From the NCBI GenBank assembly GCA_040902205.1, contig JBBDXR010000035.1, forward strand, positions 272 to 64,271: 64,000 nt of DNA. The letters run 5' to 3'. Of the stretch, positions 39,202 through 47,557 are shown piece after piece. Both the position numbers and the translations under genes were made by a program. The DNA is from Anaerolineales bacterium. GTDB taxonomy: Bacteria > Chloroflexota > Anaerolineae > Anaerolineales > UBA11579. Under the pieces are notes generated by a model, which made no database searches, was not told the origin of the DNA, and saw nothing but the letters and a program-made list of their open reading frames with translations. Numbering within the stretch: the stretch's first letter is position 1; each line of letters starts with the position of its first letter.

Positions 39202-39351
39202 CCACCGGGGTGCCTACCAGGCCGTCGAAGCTGTGCTCCAGCTGCGTGGCCAGGCGGGCGAGGCCAGGTGAAGGGTGCAAAGACCGCCCTGGTGCAAAGC
39301 CTGGGCGGCCCGGCCTCGACGGCTGTGACGCATGTGCTGCGCGTGACCTAG
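39202..39351 (+). pseudogene. Second, divergent copy of the thiolase 3' end (direct repeat of 37520-37671)
   Basis: Encodes ...AYQAVEAVLQLRGQAG/QVKGAKTALVQSLGGPASTAVTHVLRVT*. 54 bp are identical (39264-39317 = 37581-37634); synonymous changes and small indels elsewhere. Confidence 0.92.
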
Positions 39352-39450
39352 GTCATCTGTCACGTGAACTAATAGTCGAACAGCCCTATTTTCCCAACGG
39401 TGAACGCATAGGCTATCCAAGTTGACTTTCGTAAACCATTGGGAGGAAGT

Positions 39451-40143
39451 ATGGAAAAGCAGGTTTCGGTTAATAAGATCCCGCGCCCCTACACGTTATT
39501 AGTAATTCTTGTATTACTCGTATTCTGTTTCCTTTTTTTGCTCACAGATAACACCTACTACCGTTTTGCCAGTTCGATATTTCCTGTAATCGACAATTCC
39601 TCATGGTTGGCAACTCTGTGGGGCTTGTTCTCGCGACTGCACTTGTTATTGATCATTATTCCCCTTGTGGTTTGGCGGCCAAGATTATTCGGATTCCAAA
39701 TTGGGAAGATCTATCGACATTGGCGCACGCTGCTTGTGTTCCTGATATTGAATTGCGGCATCGTTGCCGCGTATTTCTTGATTACTGGAAGTTCCTCCCC
39801 TTACAGTGGGAACCAATGGTTTTTTAGCGAAGTCGTCACTGTCCCCATAGTCGAAGAGATTTTTTGGCGCGGATTGGTTTTTGCAGCCTTGTTGGCTATT
39901 TTTCGAAGAATGTACGATGAAAACGCCAGCGCACATCTTTCGGTATGGTCCAGTGGAGTCGCCTTTGGGCTTTTACATGCGGGGAATGCCTTGGCGGGAG
40001 TCCCTTTGGCTTTCGTCGCCATACAGACGCTTAGCGCAGTAATTTGGGGTGTGCTTTACGGGTATGCTCGCGCGAAAACCGATAGCATTTATCCTGCCAT
40101 GTTTTTGCATGCGGCCATGAATTTGGTAGTTGTCCTGTTCTAG
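39451..40143 (+). CDS. CPBP (Abi/CAAX-like) intramembrane metalloprotease
   Basis: PIVEEIFWRG, FGLLH, HAAMN motifs; GGAGG RBS; low GC. Confidence 0.9.
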   Translation: MEKQVSVNKIPRPYTLLVILVLLVFCFLFLLTDNTYYRFASSIFPVIDNSSWLATLWGLFSRLHLLLIIIPLVVWRPRLFGFQIGKIYRHWRTLLVFLILNCGIVAAYFLITGSSSPYSGNQWFFSEVVTVPIVEEIFWRGLVFAALLAIFRRMYDENASAHLSVWSSGVAFGLLHAGNALAGVPLAFVAIQTLSAVIWGVLYGYARAKTDSIYPAMFLHAAMNLVVVLF

Positions 40144-40221
40144 TAGATTAATAATACTAACCAGACCTGATAGCTTTTGATAGTCTCCGCCGATTAAAGT
40201 CTAGGCTGATAAGGAGCAGCC

Positions 40222-40629
40222 GTGGATATCCCGCGCCATTGGAGACTAAACAAGCAGCGCTACGCCCTGGTGGGTGAAGTCTGTGAGCAGTGCAATGCCA
40301 AGCTCTTCCCGCCCCGTGACATCTGCCCGGAATGCGGCGAGGAAGCCAAGACCTTGTTCCAGTTCAGCGGCAAGGGCGAGGTGTATTCCTACACCACCGT
40401 CTACGAAGCGCCCGAAGGTTATGCCGAACAGGCGCCATACACACTGGCCATGGTCAAGTTGAGCGAAGGCCCCTTGGTCACCGCTCAGCTCACCGACCTC
40501 GGCGCCCAGAAGCCGGCCATCGGTATGCCCGTCGAGATGGTCACCCGTTTGCTGCGCTCCGCCACCGACGAGCGCGGCATGCTAATCTACGGGTACAAGT
40601 TCCGGCCAGCGGTAGCGCAAGCCGCGTAG
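40222..40629 (+). CDS. DUF35-type Zn-ribbon/OB-fold protein (thiolase/HMGS scaffold family)
   Basis: CEQC...CPEC, GKGEVYSYT, PY.LAMVKL.EGP.VTAQLTD, IGMPVE.V.R, YGYKFRP. Confidence 0.92.
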   Translation: MDIPRHWRLNKQRYALVGEVCEQCNAKLFPPRDICPECGEEAKTLFQFSGKGEVYSYTTVYEAPEGYAEQAPYTLAMVKLSEGPLVTAQLTDLGAQKPAIGMPVEMVTRLLRSATDERGMLIYGYKFRPAVAQAA

Positions 40630-40717
40630 GCATTACTTATTCAGAACCAAAATTGCCCCCTTCCATGGGCAATTTTGCTTTAAGCGGCAGAGTGCCAACC
40701 TGGGCTAAAATGCAATC

Positions 40718-41075
40718 GTGCTCCGCATCGGCTCTATCGTATTTCGTGTCAAAGACCTTAAGCGGCAGGAGGAATTCTGGATGGCAGCCCTCGGTTACGT
40801 GCCGCGCGAGCAAACACGGAATTATGATTTCATCGTGTTGTCTCCAAGAGATGGCGAAGGCCCGAACATATCGCTCGACCAGCATCATTCCTCGGACAAT
40901 ATTCCCCCGCGCATCCATCTAGACCTGTACACGGAGGATCAAGCGGGCGAAGTTGCTCGCCTTAAGGCGCTAGGCGCCACCGAAGTGCACTGGTCCAAGC
41001 GGCCAACGGGATGCTGATTACTTCATCATGGCCGACCCGGAAGGTAATCGCTTCTGTGTGGTGGACGCAAGCTAG
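40718..41075 (+). pseudogene. VOC/glyoxalase-family gene with a +1 frameshift
   Basis: IGSIVFRVKDL..FW..ALGY, RIHLDLY, RLKALGA. Removing one G at 41008-41010 gives the expected C-terminus DADYFIMADPEGNRFCVVDAS*. Confidence 0.8.
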
Positions 41076-41208
41076 GGAGCCAGCCCGAAAATAGATAGAG
41101 CACCGAGCCCATTGGGACTCTAATGTCTGCTGATTGGGTTTTGCCGTAGAATATAGCCTTACGATTTAGTCAGGCGGGATTCGCCAGAATCCGCCGATAG
41201 GAGAGACC

Positions 41209-42453
41209 ATGGTCTCTTTTCGCCAGAAGGCCTTTGGCCGACGCTTAACCAGCCTTATTTCTTCAGTCCTGATCTGCTCCATTTTGCTGGCTGCCATGCC
41301 GGCTGGTGTCGCCTTTGCCGGTGAGTGTGATGGCACGGCTGGAGATGATGACGGTATTTCAAACCCTGCTGTGGTTTGCTCCGCCGATCCCGCTACTCCG
41401 GATGCCGATGTTGGCTTGGACTTTGGTAATGACACTTATGTTCAGGATACCGGTGTCACCTCGGATTCTGTCGGCGGCGACGCTTTGGATGATGGCACTA
41501 GCAACACCGGCGACGGCGGAGCTGACAACATTACGATCAATGGCACCGTGACTGGCTGCGTCGATGGCGACAACACGGATGGAGATGGTGGCAACGATGT
41601 AATAACAGTCAATGGGACCGTGGTTTGCAGCGTCAATGGCGACTATGCGAGTGGTTCCGGCGGCGACGATTCCATAACCATAAACGGGGAAGTCGGCGGC
41701 ATCATTGGCGACTATGCAGGCGATGATGGCGGGGACGACCAGATCAGGGTCAATTCCGGCGGCTTGGTCGGCATCGGGATCCTCGGGGACGGCATTCTGG
41801 GTTTCGGCAACGGCGGGAATGACACGATCGTTATCTTGGGCGACGTCCTTGGATCGGTCAGTGGAGATGATACAACTTTCGGTGATGGCGGCGATGATGC
41901 TATTTTCGTTTATGGATCTGTCGCGGGTGACATCTATGGCGACGATGCAGGCGGCGCGGGTGGTAACGACTCAGTTACTCTGGGAGCGGGTGCCATCGTC
42001 GGAGGGCTCATCGATGGCGAGGATGGGTACGACACGCTCACTTTCGAATTCCTGGCACAGAGCCAACTATTGGGCTTAGACCCGGTTGGCGGAGCGTTTA
42101 CCTACCAGGGACAAACTTACACGTGGGCCAACTTTGAAGAACTGATCGGTCTGTTTGAGGAACTCGGCGTCAGTTTCCGCGTGGTCTATTCGAATGGATC
42201 GTTGCGCGCAGTCGACCAGCTCTTTGGCATTTCCGTGTTCGCCGAGCACGGGCGCATCGCCTTCATTTCATTCGATTCGCTGGACATGGCTGTCGGCGGC
42301 TCGCGAACCTACAACACACCGAACAGCGCGGGCTGGTATGTCACCGTCACCAATCTGGGCGCCAACCCCAACAACTCCAGCAATGACCTCTTCCAGGTGA
42401 CCATCTTCGACGCCGCCGGCGGGCAGCAGGGGCGGTTCACCTTTTCGAATTAG
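41209..42453 (+). CDS. Secreted Gly/Asp-rich protein with about 7 RTX-like/beta-helix repeats
   Basis: Signal peptide ending AFA; repeats GG(A/N/D)D.I.(I/V).G.V.G.(V/I).GD. Confidence 0.82.
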   Translation: MVSFRQKAFGRRLTSLISSVLICSILLAAMPAGVAFAGECDGTAGDDDGISNPAVVCSADPATPDADVGLDFGNDTYVQDTGVTSDSVGGDALDDGTSNTGDGGADNITINGTVTGCVDGDNTDGDGGNDVITVNGTVVCSVNGDYASGSGGDDSITINGEVGGIIGDYAGDDGGDDQIRVNSGGLVGIGILGDGILGFGNGGNDTIVILGDVLGSVSGDDTTFGDGGDDAIFVYGSVAGDIYGDDAGGAGGNDSVTLGAGAIVGGLIDGEDGYDTLTFEFLAQSQLLGLDPVGGAFTYQGQTYTWANFEELIGLFEELGVSFRVVYSNGSLRAVDQLFGISVFAEHGRIAFISFDSLDMAVGGSRTYNTPNSAGWYVTVTNLGANPNNSSNDLFQVTIFDAAGGQQGRFTFSN

Positions 42454-42476
42454 AGGGCTGTCCATACTGCTCTTTT

Positions 42477-42500
42477 GTGAGGGCGGGTCTTGGACCCGCC
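42477..42500 (+). repeat. REP-like palindrome (GTGA-GGGCGGGTC-TTG-GACCCGCC)
   Basis: Same stem as 43242-43290. Confidence 0.6.
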
Positions 42501-42571
42501 TTTTGTATTCATCTCGAGCATCGCTTGACGCTCGATTCTCCGTATGCTAGTATCGCGCGGCTACCTCCGCC

Positions 42572-43204
42572 ATGCGAAAATCAATCTCCGTCCTCCTTGC
42601 CTGCACCGCGCTGCTCCTGGGGGCCTGCACGCGCTCGGCCACCGGTTCCTCGCTGCCCACGGCTACTGAAGACCCGCTATCTTCGCTGTTCAACACCATC
42701 GCCACCCAAACAGCCCTGGCCGCCGGCGCCAAGGATCCTGATCTCGCTCCCACTTTGCCCAGCGCCACCTCGCTTTTCGGGGCCACCGCCACCATTGCTC
42801 CCTCAGCCACCAAGATTGCGACAGCCACCACCACGCCCGCGCCTATCACTGAATTCGATGTTCCCAGCAGCTACACGCTGCACCAAGGGGAGCACCCTTA
42901 CTGCCTGGCGCGCCGCTTCAATATTGACCCCTCTGCCATCCTGGCTGCCAACAATCTGACCGAGAGTGAGGCCGGCAATTTGAGCGTGGGCGCCACCCTG
43001 GCCATTCCGGTAGCCGAAGTGGGCAGCTTTGGCTCTGATCGAGCATTGCGCGCTCATCCCGCCACCTACACTGCAGGCAGCAACGATACCTTCTACAGTA
43101 TCGCTTGCGCTTTCGGTGACGTGTGGCCCGAGAATATCGCCGAGGCCAATGGCATGGATGTGGACGACGCCCTGCAGGCCGGCCAGACGCTGCACATCCC
43201 TTAA
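42572..43204 (+). CDS. Lipoprotein with two LysM domains
   Basis: Lipobox LGAC; YTLHQGEHPYCLARRFNI...LAANNL and YTAGSNDTFYSIA..F...IAEANGM. Confidence 0.88.
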   Translation: MRKSISVLLACTALLLGACTRSATGSSLPTATEDPLSSLFNTIATQTALAAGAKDPDLAPTLPSATSLFGATATIAPSATKIATATTTPAPITEFDVPSSYTLHQGEHPYCLARRFNIDPSAILAANNLTESEAGNLSVGATLAIPVAEVGSFGSDRALRAHPATYTAGSNDTFYSIACAFGDVWPENIAEANGMDVDDALQAGQTLHIP

Positions 43205-43241
43205 CTCCACTTGTCAAATTCCGAGCAGCCGCGCAGCAAAT

Positions 43242-43290
43242 GTAGGGGCGGGTCTAAGCCGGCCCTCGAGCGAAGCGAAGGGACCCGCCC
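43242..43290 (+). repeat. GTAG-type REP with an internal insertion
   Basis: GTAG-GGGCGGGTC-(TAAGCCGGCCCTCGAGCGAAGCGAAGG)-GACCCGCCC. Confidence 0.7.
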
Positions 43291-43299
43291 GCGACGTCC

Positions 43300-43836
43300 A
43301 TGACCTTCCGCACCCTCTCCACTGAACTCGTCTACCGCGCCCGCGTCTTCGACGTGCGCCGTGACGAAGTCCAGTACCCCAACGGTCATCAGACGACCTA
43401 CGAGATCGTCGTGCATAGCGGCGCGGTGGCCATGGTGCCCGTGGATACGGATGACCGTATCCTCTTCGTGCGCCAGTACCGGCACACCACCGGCAAGCGC
43501 ATCTTGGAGATTCCTGCCGGCACCCTGAACAAGGGTGAAGACCCAGCCGCCTGCGCCCAGCGCGAACTGCGCGAAGAGATCGGCATGGCGCCGGGCAAGC
43601 TCACAAAGCTGGCGGAATTCTTCCTGGCGCCTGGGTACTCCACCGAGCGTGTGCACGTCTACCTGGCCCGGGACCTAAGCCCTGAAAGCCTGCCGCAGGA
43701 TGAGGACGAAGACCTCGAAGTCGAGCCGCTCTCCATGGAGGAGGCCTTTGCCGCCATTCGCCGCGGTGAGATCGAGGAGGCCAAGACCATGTTAGGGCTC
43801 TTCCTGGCGCGCGAGGTCCTACGAAACGGGAGGTAG
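43300..43836 (+). CDS. NUDIX hydrolase (ADP-ribose pyrophosphatase-like)
   Basis: VRQYRH, LEIPAGTLNKGEDPAACAQRELREEIG, APGYSTE. Confidence 0.93.
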   Translation: MTFRTLSTELVYRARVFDVRRDEVQYPNGHQTTYEIVVHSGAVAMVPVDTDDRILFVRQYRHTTGKRILEIPAGTLNKGEDPAACAQRELREEIGMAPGKLTKLAEFFLAPGYSTERVHVYLARDLSPESLPQDEDEDLEVEPLSMEEAFAAIRRGEIEEAKTMLGLFLAREVLRNGR

Positions 43837-44042
43837 CACTCCTCTTGTCTTCCGACTGGATTTCCGCTATAATTCGACTTGAATTTTCCCCGGACTTTTG
43901 CCAGCATTTGAGCAGCCTATAAGAACGCACCACTAGATAACACCTGCCTAAGGCAAACCTGCCTGAGGTAAGCTGCCCAGGGATACGGCAGCCGTTCAGC
44001 ACGTTTCCCACAACCCTATCGTTCCAACTAAAGAGAATCCCC

Positions 44043-45317
44043 ATGGACATACTAGCCCTAGAAAAAAATACCCTGGCTGACCTGCGCAAACACGCCAGGG
44101 AGCTCGGCGTCGAACGCTTCGCGCGCATGAAGAAGGAAGACCTGCTGGTCCAGATCCGGCGTGTCGAAGCGGCCAAGAATGGCCGCGAAGTGCGCGGCGG
44201 CATCCTCGAGATCATGAATGAGGGCGTTGGCTTTCTGCGCTCCGATCATTACCAGGGCGGTCCGGACGATGTGTATGTGTCTCAGACCCAGGTGCGCCGC
44301 TACGGATTGCGCAACGGGGACCTGATTATCGGCGAAGCGCGCCCCCCGCGCGAATCTGAAAAGCATTTCGGATTGGTGAAGGTTGAGACCGTCAACGGCA
44401 TCGATCCTGAACAAGCCCGCAACCGGCCGCGCTTCGAGAATCTAACTCCCATCTTCCCCGAACAGCGTTTTGACCTGGAGACGGATAAACGCGGCCTCGC
44501 CATGCGCATGATCAACCTGGTAGCCCCGGTGGGCCGCGGCCAGCGTGGTCTCATTGTTTCCCCGCCCAAAGCGGGCAAAACCACCATCCTCAAGGATATG
44601 GCCAACTCGATCTCCACGAATTACAAGGATGTGCATCTCATGGTGGCGCTCATCGGTGAACGCCCTGAAGAAGTAACCGACATGGACCGATCGGTAGACG
44701 CCGAGGTGATCTCCTCCACGTTCGATGAACCCGTCACCTCCCACGTGCGCGCCGCTGAAATGGTGATCGAGCGCGCCAAACGCCTCGTGGAGATCGGCCA
44801 CGACGTCGTCGTGTTGATGGACTCGATCACCCGCCTGGCGCGCGCCTACAACTTGGTCGTCACGCCGTCGGGGCGCACGCTCTCCGGCGGCATCGATCCT
44901 TCGGCGCTCTATCCGCCCAAGCGTTTCTTCGGCGCCGCCCGCAAGATCGAAGAAGGCGGCTCACTGACCATCATGGCCACGTGCCTGGTGGACACCGGCT
45001 CCCGCATGGATGACGTGGTCTACGAGGAATTCAAAGGCACCGGTAACCTGGAATTGCACCTTTCGCGCAAGCTGCAAGAGCGCCGCATCTTCCCCGCCAT
45101 CGACATCGAACGCTCCTCCACCCGTCGCGAAGAAATGCTGCTCGGGCCGGACATCACCCAATACGTTTGGCTGATGCGCCGCATGTACAGCACCATGATT
45201 GCAGAGCCTCCGCATGGCGCCGGCATGGATATGGCCACTGCCTTTGAAGCCATGCTTCAACGCATGGCAAAAACCGACAGCAACCAGGAATTCCTGGAAA
45301 GCCTAAAAGACGCTTAA
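44043..45317 (+). CDS. rho: Transcription termination factor Rho
   Basis: GFLRS, DVYVSQTQVRRYGLRNGD, APVGRGQRGLIVSPPKAGKTT, MDSITRLARAYN, YEEFKGTGN. Confidence 0.98.
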   Translation: MDILALEKNTLADLRKHARELGVERFARMKKEDLLVQIRRVEAAKNGREVRGGILEIMNEGVGFLRSDHYQGGPDDVYVSQTQVRRYGLRNGDLIIGEARPPRESEKHFGLVKVETVNGIDPEQARNRPRFENLTPIFPEQRFDLETDKRGLAMRMINLVAPVGRGQRGLIVSPPKAGKTTILKDMANSISTNYKDVHLMVALIGERPEEVTDMDRSVDAEVISSTFDEPVTSHVRAAEMVIERAKRLVEIGHDVVVLMDSITRLARAYNLVVTPSGRTLSGGIDPSALYPPKRFFGAARKIEEGGSLTIMATCLVDTGSRMDDVVYEEFKGTGNLELHLSRKLQERRIFPAIDIERSSTRREEMLLGPDITQYVWLMRRMYSTMIAEPPHGAGMDMATAFEAMLQRMAKTDSNQEFLESLKDA

Positions 45318-45339
45318 CCTTGTCTCCCCGGTGATCCAC

Positions 45340-46359
45340 ATGTCCTTGTCCGGGCTGGCTGCATTCATGTTTGGTTGGAAAAAGCAGGCTTGGCGCTTAG
45401 CATGCGCAAGCCTGTTTTTTGCTTTCATCGCCGGCTGTGCCCAACCCGCGTCTACATTCATGCCATTGCCTACGGCGCTCCTCGCGGCCGAATCCACATC
45501 CACTGCCGCAGCTCCCACGGCTACGCTGGCTGCAGAAACCACCGGCGCGCCGCTAAGCTACTTGGTGCAGGATGGGGACACGGTCAGCAGCATCGCCGCC
45601 CAATTTGGTCTGCAGCCGGAAACTGTGCTGTGGGCAAATTACGGCCAGCTATTCGACAACCCCGACCTGCTGTTCCCTGGCATGCAACTGCTTATCCTTC
45701 CCGCGGATGGCATTAACCATCAGGTAGGGGGAACTGACACCGTGGATAACATCGCCGCCTTCTTCGCCGCTGATTCCCAGGCCATCATCGATTGGCCGGG
45801 AAACCGGATCGACGCCAACAACCCCGTAATCTTCGCGGGCCAATGGCTCCTTGTACCCGGCGGCCAACGCTTCCTTCGGCGCCGGCTGATGCCGAACCTG
45901 CCGGCCTATGCGATGGCCGTCTCATCCCAGGAATACGGCAGCGGCGCCTGCCCGCAGAACGCGGCCCAGCAGCCCCTCGGCGACGGAGATTATGGCTGGC
46001 CGGTGTTGTCGCACGAAGTGGCCGGGGAGGCTTTTTGGAGCGCTCATCCCGGTGTGGACCTGGCTGTGGAAATCGGAGAAGACGTGCGCGCCGCAGATGC
46101 CGGCCTGGTGGTGTATTCGGGTTGGACCAACGAGAACCTGGGCTATGGCTATCTGGTGATGCTCGATCATGGAAATGGCGATTTCTCCTTGTATGGCGGC
46201 TTGAGCGCCGCCACAGTCCTGTGTGGCCACACCGTCAATGCGGGCGACCCGATCGGGCCGGGAGGCGCCATTGGGCACCCGGCCGGTTCCTTCGTCCACT
46301 TCGAAATCAGGCGCGGGGAAGAATACCTGGACCCGCTTGAGTTGTTGGACGGCAGCTAG
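45340..46359 (+). CDS. LysM + M23 peptidase lipoprotein
   Basis: IAGC lipobox-like; YLVQDGDTVSSIAAQFGL LysM; HPGVD, GYGYLVMLDH, VHFEIR. The usual HxH is altered (YGGL). Confidence 0.88.
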   Translation: MSLSGLAAFMFGWKKQAWRLACASLFFAFIAGCAQPASTFMPLPTALLAAESTSTAAAPTATLAAETTGAPLSYLVQDGDTVSSIAAQFGLQPETVLWANYGQLFDNPDLLFPGMQLLILPADGINHQVGGTDTVDNIAAFFAADSQAIIDWPGNRIDANNPVIFAGQWLLVPGGQRFLRRRLMPNLPAYAMAVSSQEYGSGACPQNAAQQPLGDGDYGWPVLSHEVAGEAFWSAHPGVDLAVEIGEDVRAADAGLVVYSGWTNENLGYGYLVMLDHGNGDFSLYGGLSAATVLCGHTVNAGDPIGPGGAIGHPAGSFVHFEIRRGEEYLDPLELLDGS

Positions 46360-46484
46360 TCAACAGCTGCCGGGTAACCCAGGGGCTTGCATAGTCACGG
46401 GTTCCGATATTTGTTGGCTAGTTCATTACGGTTTTGCGCTTACACCGCGCACATTTTGGCCTATTCCTTGCACTATCTGGAGTC

Positions 46485-47492
46485 ATGGGCGCCATCATCC
46501 CCTCTATCGTTTACAAGTCCCAATACGACGCGGATGCGGATGAATTCCGCAATGACTGCGGCCCTGCCTGCCTGGCCATGCTCCTACATGCCTTTGGCAT
46601 CAACGCCTCGACCAATGCCGTCTATCGCAAGACCGGCGCCTTGCCCAACCGCTATGTCACCGTATCCCAACTCATGCGCACGGCTCTGAGCTACGGCGTG
46701 GGGCTGGACTACTTCCATAGTTGGACTATCGAGCAGTTGCTGGACGCCATCAAGAAGGGCAAAGGCGTCATTGCCCTGGTCCATTACGGGGCGTGGTCGC
46801 AGCTTAATCCGGGAATCTCCACACAGAACACTTTCGAAGGCCCGCACTTCGTGGTAGTGGTCGGGGCCGATGAGGACAAGATCTATGTGAACGATCCTCT
46901 GTGGAAGGAAGCCCGCCGCACCCAAGGCTTCCGCAAAAGCTGGACGCACGCCCAATTCCGCGAGGCGTGGAGCGGCAATCACCAGGACGGTAACCGGGAT
47001 TGCTCCGGCATCATCACCCAGCAAAGCTTGCCCACGGCCCCATACGGCAGCGGCGTTTGGTCGCCTGCGGCAGAATTCAAACTGGACGCGCAGACCGTCA
47101 GCCGCATCCGCGCCTGGGTGCATTTCCAGCATGCTCCCCAGCCTGCGCTGGGAAACCCCGCCACCCTGAACGCCTACCTGACGGTCATGGGCGCCTGGGG
47201 CAACCAGATGGCTAGGCATACGGTGGCGGAAGGCGATGACCTGCGCCTCCTGGCCTGGCACTATTATGGCGACCCTTCCAAGTGGCAGGTCATATTGGCC
47301 TTCAATGGCCTGAACTCCGGCGACGGCATCTCCGAAGGTGACGTGCTACTGATCCCGCAGCCGCTGGAAAGCCCGCTGCCCATACCGGAAGACCGGCGGC
47401 CTAACGGTGGCACCGCCGGGCTCTTCGCGCAATTGCAAAAAGAAAACCTCAAGAGATACGACGCAAATCGTCAGCCGGCCGGGAACTTTTAA
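46485..47492 (+). CDS. C39-like peptidase + C-terminal LysM protein
   Basis: SQ...NDCGPACLAM (Cys), PHFVVVVG (His), VNDP (Asp); HTVAEGDDLRLLAWHYYGDPSKWQVI LysM. ATG at 46485 with GGAG RBS. Confidence 0.87.
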   Translation: MGAIIPSIVYKSQYDADADEFRNDCGPACLAMLLHAFGINASTNAVYRKTGALPNRYVTVSQLMRTALSYGVGLDYFHSWTIEQLLDAIKKGKGVIALVHYGAWSQLNPGISTQNTFEGPHFVVVVGADEDKIYVNDPLWKEARRTQGFRKSWTHAQFREAWSGNHQDGNRDCSGIITQQSLPTAPYGSGVWSPAAEFKLDAQTVSRIRAWVHFQHAPQPALGNPATLNAYLTVMGAWGNQMARHTVAEGDDLRLLAWHYYGDPSKWQVILAFNGLNSGDGISEGDVLLIPQPLESPLPIPEDRRPNGGTAGLFAQLQKENLKRYDANRQPAGNF

Positions 47493-47557
47493 TGTCATAA
47501 TACGTTTAGATATCGAAGCAGGTGTTAGCCTGCTAACTTGTCGAAATGGAGAACTTT

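Noticed and set aside
28609-39351. Diversity-generating retroelement (Avd-like four-helix bundle plus the thiolase repeat pair as TR/VR)
   Set aside because: No reverse transcriptase in the window, and differences between the repeats are mostly synonymous third-position changes, not adenine-specific.
41015-41017. TGA in the VOC gene as a selenocysteine codon
   Set aside because: The conserved C-terminus is in a different frame, so a frameshift rather than readthrough explains it.
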